NCBI RefSeq assembly: GCF_002113885.1
Contig: NW_018408821.1
Location: 1,238,135 to 1,302,134, forward strand
DNA length: 64,000 bases
Source of the DNA: Mizuhopecten yessoensis
Lineage: Eukaryota
Reading direction: 5' to 3'
Positions 14,040-26,820 of this stretch are shown here, piece by piece (within the stretch, counting starts at the first letter, position 1; every line of letters starts with the position of its first letter). The position numbers were made by a program, and so were the translations under genes. The notes below the pieces were generated by a model. The model saw only the letters and a list, made by a program, of their open reading frames with translations. It ran no database searches and had not been told where the DNA came from.

Positions 14040-15959
14040 GTAATATAATGTTTTGTCTAACGATCACGTGATGTGTTTAAACAAATCTAAAACACTGTAA
14101 CACAGATGAGGTTCGATGAGACTCTCTGTTTTATTGGCGGTACAATTTTCGTATATCCATGTACGAACAGACTTCAGATTTCAAATGATAAAGTGGTGAT
14201 CAGTTCGAATAATGTGATTGTGCTCCTTACTGGCAGGCTAAGGAATAATAGTGTCAATTTCTCAGTAATACATTATGGCGGTCTGTCCGAACGAGTGATG
14301 GCGATATATCCCACTGAGGCTTTACAATATAGAATTTGCATACAATTTCCGCCACGCATACAAGGGAAAACAATATAAGAAGCTTGTCTAAAATTCACTA
14401 TCCATGTCCCCATTGTCTGTTTGAATGCATTAGTGAGATTGACCCGAATACATTGTTTATAGAAAACATGATTTGCATTTAATTCCGATAATGGACACCA
14501 GAGTCCACTTTGCTGCTTCACAAGCGTCTTTACGATTGGGGTCTGTTCGATTGGCATCTCCTACAGGATTAGAGTAAGGAGGGGGTGTTTACCCTACAAC
14601 GCATTGAAGACTGCGGCCAGTCTTTGATCGGATCAACGGTTTTGTAAGGTTTGATGAACAACAGCAATATCTTGATTGGTAATTATCTTAATTGCTAATA
14701 TGTGGGATACTAAACAAGGGTGATTATATTGGTATATACTGTAGAAAACTGAGTTAGAATGAACAACGCAAAACGATGGCATTTGAATTATTTATTTTTT
14801 TATTGTTGTCAATAGGTCACTGTCAAGATTTGAATAGGAATTCGTTTTACAACAGAATAAGACATCCATCTAGTTTCAAGTCAATGCTTTTCACAAAACA
14901 TCACATAGACAAAATATAAAGGTCACTATAATTAGTATTTGTCAAGATCCCATTAGTGAAATAAAGTGATACAGAAATAGCTTTCCTGACGCCGAGTTAC
15001 ATCGGAAGTGTCACATAAAACATATAGAACATATTAACTTTGATTGACATTATTTCTACCAGTCTGTTGTATGCATCATTGCTCATTTGTGTATGAATTT
15101 AAAACTGACAAATGCCACTAAATTCTGAAGGTTTTGAGGCGTATTACCGCTAAGGAAATGAACATAAACATCAAAGCAAGATTGCTTTGACGCTTCTGAC
15201 AGTATACTGCCGAACAGCAAAACAATACAATATTCTCTAGCACAGGACTACAGTTGACATTTATTGAGGTTCACGCGGTATTTATCGCTAGTCATACATC
15301 TTAACCTAACAAAACTAAGCAGTCACACACTTGATGACATCCTGACGCGAAGACGAGTAACCGACACATGTTTGATGCTTGCTTATATCAGAATAGCAAG
15401 TACTCGAAATATTTACCTTTTTACTATTACTATTTCAATTCATCTATTGTTTAAATCATTATCTTCTTACATGTCGATTGTTATATATAATCAGATTACT
15501 TTATAACGCCGACATTTTCTGGGAGGGAAAATGTCCCAAATGATGGCATTTTGATTTAAGCAGTATTAAGATTCAGTGTATATCTAAATATTTGACAGAA
15601 ACTGAACAAAAACAAGAGATTTATGATGCAACAAAGTGAAATTGCCATGTTCAATCATTAAGGAAGTAAAATTCTAAATAAATAAAGGTCGCGGATTTGC
15701 AAACGTTGCTATTTTTTTTAGCTTTGTCTATTAGCGCTTCAGTATCCGTTGCTTTGTGGAAGTGTTACCGACACAAGTTTTCGAAAGGAAACTAATCGTA
15801 AAAATATCATATTAAAGCACACATAAAAACTGTGTATCTACTAATAAATATACAACGTTACTGTTTCAGCTATACTACTTCTTTTAGCGTACTCTACTTC
15901 TAACTACCTTTCATTTCCTAGTTCCTTACTTGGCAACACCTCACGTTTTGCTTTTATGT

Positions 15960-16310
15960 TCAGCGTTCGGCCAGATGACCAAAGGGTTCTGTTCCCAGGC
16001 TGGGACATACTTACAAATGTAAGTTCTAGTAAGGGGTGTTGTTATTCCAAGCATTTGGTGAAATGGCAACAACTGGTTGACCCGTTGTCAGTATAATGTG
16101 ACCGGACGGAATGCTGTGATGGGTGTATTCGGCATGATATTTCTGTGAGATACCATATAAAGTCGGCATCATATCCGCGCTATCATAATGTGGCAATTTT
16201 ACCAATATACCTTGTCTCCAGCACACATGCACACATGCACGCATACATAACAAATGACGCACGTCCTAAAATTACTAAAGCTGTTAATAGGACATTCAAA
16301 CAAATTAGAC
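15960..16310 (+). mobile_element. Decayed SINE (Meta/MESC-type core, CA-rich spacer)
   Basis: Core GGCAACAACTGGTTGACCCGTTGTCAGTATAATGTGACC and tail GCTGTTAATAGGACATTCAAAC. Aligns with the copy at 21500-21890. Confidence 0.75.
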
Positions 16311-17056
16311 CAATTCGATCGCCAGGGATCTGTACAGTAACAACAACTGTATCAATGTATGAATTGCGTTCCATGTCATTTCACCTCTTTACCTATAAGG
16401 AACAGAATGAATTAGAAAATGTTTGCGATGTATAAAATACGCGAAACAAATTATAAAAGATTCCGAAGTTGACGTCATAAGATGACGTGATAATTCTAAC
16501 TTTTCAATGCCTGTGTATATTTGTATACAACAAGGATATTTCAGACACAGACACAGGTCTATTCCTCGTACACATAAGTAAAATAACTAACACGTTTGTT
16601 TTCTTGACCAAGTGCATTCTCTCGAATATTTTGATGTTGTTATTTATTCATGAGATAACATTTTAGCATACTTGTCTACCAGTTGCAGGTTATCTGAAAA
16701 TTTATATATTTTATCTTTTGCCAAAATTTTCCAAGAAAAGATGCACCCTGACAGAAATGTATTTCTTGAATACTAGACCGAGATGTCCGCATTTCCGGTG
16801 GTGCTGGAAAATTCTATGCTACCCACGGGTCTAGATCGCTAACACGCGCAGACTGGCGGAAGAATTATAGTGACCTTTCGGGGACATGCTATTGTTCGTG
16901 ACGTCATTTTATGACGTTTTAGGGTCAGTCAGGGGCATTGACGTCATTAACAATTGCCATCCGTGCTGCATATGAAATGAAAAGTGCGCGGACATTCTAC
17001 AACTTTACTAGAAGAGCAACTGTTTTTATGGGTTTTAGGTAATAAGAAATAAATAG

Positions 17057-17595
17057 AATCCATCCCTGATGTGAGGTAAGAATAGTGTCATTCAAACCCT
17101 CGGGATAAAATATTGAGCAAAAACCTTCGGCAAAGCCTCGGGTCTCCTGCTCAAAATTTTATCCCTTGGGTTTGAATTACCTTTTCTCCCACACCTGACA
17201 GATTTATCTCCCGTTTTGCCGGTGCTAGATTTATCTGTCTCCGCCCTAGGGTTGAGACGGGGGGATTCCCCTATTCATAACAATGGCATGACGTTACTTC
17301 AACAATACAATGACGTCACGTCAACAATCCATCAACAAATTGCCTGTATGTGTTTTGTGTCCATGTTTACCTTTATTTCACATTAAAATACTTTTAGATA
17401 TGGGAGGAAAATAATCAATCGCTACTGGTTGTGTAAGATAGAGAAATCTCCACCCTAGGACTAAGACTTTTTGTCCAGAACTCGGAAAGCCTCGTTCTGG
17501 ACAAAAAATCTTAGTCCTCGGGTTGAGATTTCTCTATCTTACACAACCAGTAGCGATAGATTCTATAAATCCATACCACACATCAGGGATGGATT
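17057..17595. mobile_element. Palindromic element (outer) interrupted by a second palindromic element
   Basis: Left arm AATCCATCCCTGATGTGAGG...ATTCAAACCCTCGGGATAAAATATTGAGCA, cap TTCGGCAAAGCCTCGG. The right arm is split at 17186/17572 and resumes CATACCACACATCAGGGATGGATT. Confidence 0.8.
17187..17571. mobile_element. Inner palindromic element, ~385 bp
   Basis: Near-perfect 64-bp arms at 17418-17481 and 17494-17557 around the cap (C)TCGGAAAGCCTC(G). Inserted in the outer element's right arm. Confidence 0.85.
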
Positions 17596-18261
17596 ATGTT
17601 ATTCTATAAAGTAAATCTCTCTGAGAACACCGTATAGAGAACATTTCAAAGTATAATGAACACGTATGGTGTTTGCTTGCACAGAGGCCACGTTATCCAC
17701 TTCGGAGCCGAATGTTTCGAAGTAAGGGATCGATTATATATACATAAACAACAGTTAAGTGAAGTCCCCCGTACTCATAAACATGGACGTACACGGAAAT
17801 GATTTTAACAGATGTAACAAACCAGTTTAATCTAGGAAAATCCTCTGCTTTATCCATGAAGTTACTCTCTGACAGGGTGCCTTACGCAGTGCAGTTCCCA
17901 CGTTAGACGCCGATTACGTTTTATGATAAGCTTTGTGTCAAGACAACAATGAAAGCATAGTGTGATGCATTTCAGATAAACATCATTTGTCCATGCCAAT
18001 TCTTTAAATGAAACAATCAGGCAGTGGTCTTTATGCGATAATTGAAAACATCACAAATAGTGTTTTTTTCAAAAAGCAGAGGATATCATAACGAAAATGA
18101 TCGATTGAAGTGCTGTGAACTTCCACTCGGCTATTCACATTTTAAGCTGTTTTTTTGAGATGGCAACATAACTATAAAATGACACCAAAAGGTTTTATGT
18201 GTATGTATTGAAACAAAATTATCGAATAACACTAAAAACAACTTTGCGATAAACAGTTATT

Positions 18262-18351
18262 GTAGTTGTAAAAATCATATATATCTATATTGTCTGATCA
18301 ATTAAATAGTAGCTGTAAAAATCATATATATCTATATTGTCTGATCAATTA
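18262..18351. repeat. 47-bp tandem duplication
   Basis: GTAG(T/C)TGTAAAAATCATATATATCTATATTGTCTGATCAATTA occurs twice. Confidence 0.9.
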
Positions 18352-21300
18352 GATATAAAGAATGAAGTATTCTGCTGCGGAATAGCAATGCAGGCTAAAT
18401 ACTTGCTTGAAATATAGAGTTCATCATATTGACGTTAGGTGTGTGGGTTTTGAAACAATGATTATACGAGATAAAGTCAATTAAAACATATATGTTGATT
18501 AAAGTTTTCGTTTAAGATACAAACGTTCATTGTCAATAGAAAAATGTGTAAAATGCTTCCAGGCGTAATGTACATAATTAGAATTGACATCGAATCATTA
18601 AGAGTAAGCTAAATGTGTACTTGGCCATTTGTCTCTTTTAAGTGGACGCAACACGTCGCCAAGGTAAACAGCATGTGTCTGCATCCTGTAGACGCTTAAA
18701 CGGTAATCTGGGTCAGACGGCTTAGTTTGGTATTGGTGGAAGTATACTGTAACATTGTGACAAAGGTTTAGATTTTTCAAACGTTATTCCTGTTGAAGAA
18801 CATGTCACCTACGCCACATGTACAATTAATCAACAAATACAAACGATTCGTTGTAAGTCTGGGTCGTATAAATCTTCCAGTAGAACTGATTTCATATGTT
18901 TTTGTGTAGGCGTTCATGATGCCCTGTTTCGTGTGTTGATACCTCCTGCTGTCACCCAGTTCTCCTTGCTGTTATTTTCGTATTAATTTCTATTTCTGAG
19001 TTGCCCTTTGTGTGTTGAAGATGAGAACATTTTTTAATATATGTTTCAACAAACCAAGATGAAAGATAAATTGAGATCGATACAGTTAAAGAGAACACGA
19101 CAACTAGGGAGCTGACACGTGACATCATTCTCCTCCTCAACAACACAAGTTATCATCTACCCTCACATCAAAACACCTAAGCAAGGGAGCGCATATACCA
19201 TTCGACAACACCATACCAACACAAAATATTATTTAACCCCCCCCCCCCCCCTCTCCAAACAGCCCATGTCATAAATGATGTTTTATTTTCGAACCCATTA
19301 TTTTTTGGTGTTTTTGGTGTTTTCCTGCAAAATCAAGAAAAGTTTGTCGTTCACCTACAACTTATAATCAGATAACTCCTATCTGAGTTAATGTTTCCAA
19401 TTGTTTTTGATAAAAGGAATGATTAAGACTGGCTTACTGTGTAATTGTATTCAGTGTGATGAGTATACACAAGACACATGAATGTTCTATATGAATGGTT
19501 TATAAATCTTCTTGTGTTGTACACGTTTAACGTACAGCGATTAACACGTTCCACTCCGACGTCTACCTTATATTACAATATGTAAACTCGTACCCTACCG
19601 CAACCTTATATTGAAACACATTTGAATGGAAACCATCGGAAATATTAAGACCAGACCTTCCGGACAGATTAGCGACATTCTCACTGTTAATCGAGTTCAA
19701 ATTCAGTTAGTGTTTAATTATCAAAGCGAGAAACAGTTAAACACCTAAGCACACAAATGAACATGATCAAATTTTTTTACCTTTATGTCTCGGTTTATGT
19801 AAATAGTAGTTTAGGACGAGCCTTCAAGTGTGCTGTACAACGTGTGTGTGCATTGGGGTGTGTCTGCTGCAGGATGTACTGTTGTGTTTCAATCTTTCAT
19901 GTGCGATGTCTATTTTGTCTGTCAGCTGTCAACATCTGTCATCGTAAGCATGTTATTCCTAACAAGCTCTTGAATACCGAATTGATGTACTCTGGAAGTG
20001 AATCAGTAAATTTGGCATGTATTCGTTTGCCAAACATAATATACCGTCACCTGGGACCTTATACCCAAGCTATGAACTCTGAACTCCTCACCGATTTGAG
20101 AATACAACTGTAAATAAGACAGATAGTTTGTATACATACTAAACTGATATAGTAGATAACCTGTCTCTTAGGCTTATCATTGGTATGTTATACCAAGATA
20201 TGTAAGATAACAAGGAGGGCAGTATATTAAAATACTGAACAATGTTTTAGTAGCCAATGTGCTTATATTAGATAAAAGAAAAAGATAAATGCTTCAAACA
20301 ATGTATTAATCTTTCAATACACATATTGACACATAATAGTAAAACAAAATAATGTGAGCTAAGTTTGAGAACGGCTGTCTAGAAATAAAGAAGAAAATAA
20401 ACTGAACATAAGTATCAGCAATACAATTTCGATGTTACAAATGTGACGTCATATGGATATCTTAATTGCAATATTAAGATTGACGTTGTTTATTCAGTCG
20501 CGTCATTGATTGTATGACATCATCGCCGCCATGATGAGGTATTAACCCTGAATATAAAACATTATGCTGCACTGTTTCCTACAATAATCAGAGACCCAGA
20601 AAACAGATAACTCGTAGGTGTAATTCATTTTATTGGTTATGGTTTCATTTCATACACCTCTATTGTTTATTTAACCTATTTAATTGATCATTTCCTACAC
20701 GTATTTGACAGGGATGACAGTCGATGTCGCGCTTTTTTTTTGTCGTTGTCGATGTTATTGCGTGAGAAATGTTGCAAGTAAAAAATATTTGTGCTCGGGC
20801 TTGTACCTCCCGCTAACCCAATACACTAGCCTTAATAAGTGTGGGTTTCAGACATTTACTGTTTATTCATCATATAGAGAACAGTTTGATTAAATGCCTA
20901 TAGGTAAATGTTAGGGTTTTGTTACTTCGGTGAATTTTAAAATGATTCTAGTATAACTAATTTAAAACAATAATAGTATGTCTTCAAGCCGTGCTTTGTA
21001 ATGCAGCTGTTAATGGATTGCTAAAAAAAATTGGACTAGCTTAACAAAACATATCGCGTCTGATAAAAGCAAGTGAATACAAATCGTTAAAAATTAAAAT
21101 TAGGAAAAAATGTGTCTAAAGACAAGGCAAAGATCAGAATCTAAATCGATACGGAAAGTAAACATGAGCTGGGGAGATATCAAAACCAGTCGAAAGACAT
21201 AATGAAAATCGCAGACCTAACTCTAACTCTATGCATTTGAAGGTTTAGGGTCTCCTCTACCAAATATACCACTCCTCACCATGTCTGCTGTCACAGCCAG

Positions 21301-21499
21301 GAAAGTATGAATGTAACAAATAATATAACACTCTTTCAACTAGATTTTAATCATAGTAGACAATTAAATTTCATAGCTGGACACAGAACTGTATGAGGAC
21401 GTTACTTTTTTTTGCATTTTTTTGGGATCTTTATTTTTCTTTTTACTTCTAACTACCTTTTGTTTCCTATGAACTGCTTTACAATACTTCAATTTTGGC

Positions 21500-21890
21500 T
21501 TAAGTGTTGAGCGTTCGGTCAGGTGAGGAAGGCAATGGTTCTGTTGCAAGGCCGGGATATACCAAAGTTCTTAAAAATGGTAGTTGCTATTCCCTGCTTA
21601 ACGTTCAGCATTTAGGGGAATGGCAACAACTGGTTCACCTGTTGTCAGTAGAATGTGATCAAGCGGAATGCTGTGCTGGGGTCCTTCGGCATGGCCTTTC
21701 AGTGAGATAGCACTACAAATTCGGCGTCAGATCCGCACTATCACAAGCAGACTAGCATACCAACATGCCCTTTCTACTACTACACACACACACACGTAAA
21801 CGCGCATACACTATATACATGGAGACTCGACTTAGCCTTAGATGTTGATAGAACGTTAAACAAAATAAAACCAAACCAAACAAATACAAA
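21500..21890 (+). mobile_element. SINE (Meta/MESC-type core), second copy
   Basis: Same order as 15960-16310: decayed tRNA head, GGCAACAACTGGTTCACCTGTTGTCAGTA core, (CA)n, GATGTTGATAGAACGTTAAAC tail, (AAACC)n. Confidence 0.75.
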
Positions 21891-22980
21891 CCGAACCTTG
21901 GCCGTTATTGGTCAAGATGATGTGTGCATTTCGAAATATCTTACATGCAAACAATTCTCTGTATGAGCGAATCAACAGCGATGGATTATAAAGAACACTA
22001 TCATTTGAGGCTTGAATAATAATGCTGAAGAAGGGAGAAATACCTCTTGCGAAGTATTAAGTCGTCACGTTGGTCGTTATTTGTCATTTTTGTAACTGAA
22101 TTCAATTAAGAAGTTGTTTGAGGTCATTAAATGCGTGGAGACTCTATGATTCTTACAGAAAACAATGAGTGATTGGCAGATATCGACGTCTAATCTTCCA
22201 GTTTCTTAAAATAGAAAGCCTACTATTTTTCGAAACTCTACAATAGTTCATCATTACTACCTACTATTTTGTAAAGGCCTAGGGATATACAGATGTGTCT
22301 ATCGACCTTCACTGACTTGGACTTTATGCCTTTCTTCAAAATTGGATATAAAAATGACTGCTCTAAATAGCAAAATGATTTCAATATTTCTTATTCTCTT
22401 TTTTATAGATCATAATTACATGTTGTGATAACAAAAATATCCCTTACTGTGGGAGTCCTGTGGCCTTAGCCAGATGTATAGTCATCGTAATGGAGAGGCT
22501 GATTCACTACTAGAGCGGTGTGCAACTGGTGATTATATAGCGTCGTGCCAGTAAACCAGCCACAGAAAACCGTCATTAAGTGCCCAGAAACATGACATGT
22601 CAAACCGTCTACGGCCGTGGGAAGAATGTCATGGGCTGCGTCCTCAAGAAAGGCAATGCGTGTCTGTACTAAAATGGCAGTTTAATTTATATGTGACTTT
22701 GATGTTTAAGCACATGCTGTCAAGGCATCATCTTGTGTGTGTCACACATAAGATCAAACGGATAACCGAAACACTTTTTACTGAAAGTCTCGTATACATG
22801 TATATTGACAATAGTACCGACTGGGAAAGTTTGATCCATTCGCTTGGTAACACAAATGTAATTTTCATAACAGATGTACGCTTGGTTACCATTTACTTTC
22901 CTGCAACAGTGTTTTGTATATGATTAAACCATGTGCCTCTGTCATTACTAATGGATATTGTATCTGAAGGTTAAGGATTT

Positions 22981-23016
22981 GTTTCGGAACCGAGGCTTCG
23001 CCGAGGTTCCGACAAC
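22981..23016. repeat. Short palindrome with CCGAGG-CTTCG-CCGAGG cap (remnant of the palindromic class)
   Basis: TCGGAACCGAGGCTTCGCCGAGGTTCCGA, with weak outer arms TGGATAT/ATATCCA. Confidence 0.6.
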
Positions 23017-23239
23017 GACTTGCATATCCATATTCCACATGCATGTACCTATGCTGTTTTTAATGATTGTATCGTATTCTCCCATCTCTTAATCAAACGT
23101 TTGGTAAAAACAGTACATATATAATCAATTTGAAAGCACCATTAGATATAGTAAAATTTCTAGATAACGTATACACAAAATAGAGTCATACTTTGAAAGA
23201 GCAGAAAATGAAAAGGTGCAGCATTGGTATAATAAATAT

Positions 23240-23630
23240 AGAATAATACATGCCTTTTTCCATATCACACCCAGTATCAACCTGAGACTGCAATATCAGC
23301 CCAAGGGCCGAAGACACGAAGGCTGATATTGGTCGATGGTTGATACTGGGTGTGATATGAAAAAAGGCGTGTTTTATTCTGTTTATTACATATTTACTAA
23401 TAAAAACTACTATCTTATGATTTAATTTTCTTTTGGAAATATTGAAAAACGAAAAAAATCCAAAAGTGGGGTGATCTGGGTTTTGCGGGCTGATACGGGT
23501 TTTGGGGTGTTATACGGCGGGGCCGATACGGGTTTTGGGGGGTGATACGGTGAGGGCTGATATGGGTAAGAGCAATTGTGTCGTATCGCATATACAAAAA
23601 ACCCGTATTTATTAGTAAGTATGTAATAAA
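23240..23630. mobile_element. Palindromic element with displaced outer arm
   Basis: Hairpin 23240-23380 (AGAATAATACATGCC...GGCGTGTTTTATTCT). A second inverted pair lies at 23382-23404 and 23608-23630 (22/23 match). Internal GATACGGGTTTTG subrepeats. Confidence 0.8.
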
Positions 23631-23778
23631 TAATAATAACAATTTGGGGTTCTTATTTACCGCTTTATCACAACCTAGTTCGTAGGTCGTCTCAAAGTGG
23701 TTCACAGATTATTATCCGTGGTTATAGGGCCTTTGCAACCCGCCAATACCTACTTCCTGGGGATCATACATCCGGTGT
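23630..23778 (-). mobile_element. 5'-truncated copy of the 13681-14039 SINE
   Basis: GGTTCTTATTTACCGCTTTATCACAACCTAGTTCGTAGGTCGTCTCAAAG is identical to the first copy and the alignment continues for ~140 bp. Confidence 0.9.
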
Positions 23779-25858
23779 ATGGGAAAGGTGTGGATATCAT
23801 GGGACACTTTTGTCTGTCATATGCGGAGGTGGCAAAAACATCGATATATTCAGTGCAATACACATACACAGTATATAGGTATACATGATATCTATATATT
23901 ATAGATCAAGATGATAATCAAGTTTAATCATGTTCGTCAAAATGATCTTTTCCTTGAGATATGTCGGTCGATTCTAACATTAGTATGCCTTGTTGTTTCG
24001 TTTTCTCTAACTCGGTTATTACGTTGAGAGAATGACATTACTTAGACTGGACCTCTGTTTACCTGGCGAGTGTCGTCGATGAAGTAAAAGACGCTCTCTC
24101 TTTCGGAACATTCAAGGATTCCCGTGCAAATCTTTCCTTTGTTTATAGTTTGCCTATATTGATTTTTAATCGCGGTTTTGTCGATAATTCGTTGTATTTT
24201 TATTACATCTATATGCCTAGTGTACCTTTCCATGTCTTCCTGATATGAACTTAAACGTTACGAAGGTTTTAACTCTCAAAGACGAAAATAAATTAACGTA
24301 CATAATCATACGTATCAAAAGTAACCCTATATATTATACCCATACTTTATGCCTATACATGTTACATACGTAGTATATTTATAACGTACAGTGTAGTTCC
24401 TATGTCCAATTTACCAAAGATAGTACTTGTATAAGCAATTATCTGCTTCTAGGTTGTAATCGCAGGTCATATGAATGTGAATGCCAATTGCAATACAGTA
24501 ATCTTAAAAACAGGATCTTAATGTTCAATTTGTCTGTAATTAGTTGTCATTCAAGCAGTTTGAAGAAGATCTGTGCTTTTTCTTAAAACTGACCTCATGT
24601 TATGCATCAGGGTGGAACATTAAATTTTTAACATGATTCTATAATTTGACTTTTTACTTGAGAAATGGTATCGGTACAACGAAAACACTATCAAATAGAT
24701 TATTAATAGACAGGAGATTTGTCTACCAGTTACTTCTGTTATTGCGTGCCATAATAATGATGATGACGTCAACCTTCAGTAAATGGCATGGGTCGTCATA
24801 TACTTGTCTGCGATATGGGCTATATTGTATATACGATACTGTTAATTGTAGCCAGGTATATGGTATATTCTGGCACGATCCCCAAGTGCTCGGCACGAGC
24901 CATGCTTTCCTTTTCGCGCCATTACTCTCGAAATAAACCTTTTCTCTGTTTAAGTTTACATATTTTGCTCTATAATATACGGCCAAGTGTGAGCGATGTA
25001 TAACATGTCTGGACCGGATCTCGCTCTAATTTCTAGTCCGTATCTTAATTATCATATCAATGAAATGAAACAAGACTAGGTTCTGAATATTTTGGTGCCA
25101 TTTTAACGTCATGATAATACAGACAAAATTACTCCATTTTCGACGTAGCTTACACCGCCATTGTTGTTTAAATGCACTGTACATTAATCTCGGACCATTT
25201 TCATTACAGAAATCGTGACATACCTATATAGAACATGTAAAGGAATGTAATGAAAGTAATATCACGTCCGTCTTTATTTTACGTCACTAAAGTTCTCGCT
25301 TATTATGCGAACGTTGACATGGTGTCGTTTGCTTTGCCCTTCAGTTGTTGTATTCATACGCACAGTAAACTATAACTGTAATGGACCAGTTTTGTCATAT
25401 GCAATCATCATTGTTACGTTGTTTATATAACAAACTGGTAAATGTATTAAAATGTTTTATGTATTATCTGATGAAAGATACAATATAGTAAGGGAGTTAG
25501 AAGACAGGCACGAGATATATGTAATTCATACTGATACGTATTATTTGATCGAGTTTAGGTAATAAAAAATTCATGCATGATTTCATTCAAAACCAAGGTC
25601 TGTGTTCACGAAAACGTCCTCATACTCAAACTCAGACTCTGTGTACAAGACCAATTTGTTGTTTCAGTGATTGTTTTATAATAAGTCACATTTTCTTAGT
25701 AATTTAGACGGATTGTGGAGAGACTTCAAGACAAATACCGTTTTCAATGTTTCTGTCTGAACGAACTTTTGATCGTCTCGCATGGATTAAGCGTGTTACA
25801 AGAAAGGTTTTTTTAGCATGAAATGAAATCCATGCTTGAGGATGAAAACGAGTCCACT

Positions 25859-26070
25859 GGTACGGGCCTATGTCTCTGGTACGGGTCTCTGGTACGGGCC
25901 TAGGTCTCTGGTTCATGCCCATGACGTCTCTGGTACGGGCCTAGGTCTCTGGTACGGGCCTAGGTCTCTGGTACGGGCCTAGGTATCTGGTTCATGCCCA
26001 TGACGTCTCTGGTACGGGCCTAGGTCTCTGGTACGGGTCTAGGTCTCTAGTTCATGTCCATGACGTCTCT
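25859..26070. repeat. Two-monomer higher-order minisatellite
   Basis: A = GGTACGGGCCTAGGTCTCT (19 bp), B = GGTTCATGCCCATGACGTCTCT (22 bp), order AAAB-AAAB-AAB (one A internally deleted). Confidence 0.9.
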
Positions 26071-26728
26071 CGCTTATTGAGTATCATGCTTATACAGTTT
26101 GTCGGAGACACCGCGCACATAACCCCGTATTTCAGGGACATCAACCTACACACCTATTCCCTAGAATGTCGGAGACATCGCCTACCTTCCCAAAGTAATC
26201 CAGGAGCTGTTTTACCTTCCTGCCATTCTGTGTCAAGCGCGCCACATTTTACGACATTATTTTTATGATCATAATGTCACGCTTATTTAACAGATCCATA
26301 CATTTCTTTCTTTACTGGTAGTCATGATATTGGATTGATATTCTTCAATCTCCCTTTGGTCTTTGCTTTGATGTGATCTGACAACCATCGTTTCCTTTAA
26401 GTGTAATTAACTCCCTTTGATCAGTTCCACTTCCGCTGGTGTCCGATATAATATTGCACATGCTCATTAATCAATGTTGGAATAGGTAACCTTAATATCG
26501 CACCCGTGTCGTTCATGTGTCCTTTCGTCTTGATTTAATCTTCTAAAGCGGTGCATGTCGGGATTCCGATTAGCATGCGTCTCACGGAGTACCGCAACAA
26601 TTAATCATGTAATTACCTAATGTATATGGATCGAAAAGACTTGGATTTGTACCTTGGTTTTTATTCTCTGAACAAAAAGAATACAAATGATTTTGATCAG
26701 AAAGCAAAACATCCCTCCTGCTCGTGAT

Positions 26729-26820
26729 CAACGCCTTCCGGAGCGGTACGGACTTCGCGACCAACGCCTTCCGGTGCGGTACGGACTTCGTGACCAGGGC
26801 CTTCCGGTGCGGTACGGACT
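26729..26820. repeat. 33-bp GC-rich tandem repeat x~3
   Basis: Unit CAACGCCTTCCGGTGCGGTACGGACTTCGTGAC. Confidence 0.9.

Noticed and set aside
18952-19146. Minus-strand ORF with a hydrophobic, signal-like start
   Set aside because: No convincing splice donor, downstream exon or processing sites.
25859-26820. Short regularly spaced repeats considered as CRISPR-like
   Set aside because: No unique spacers, no cas genes, and a eukaryotic context. These are minisatellites.
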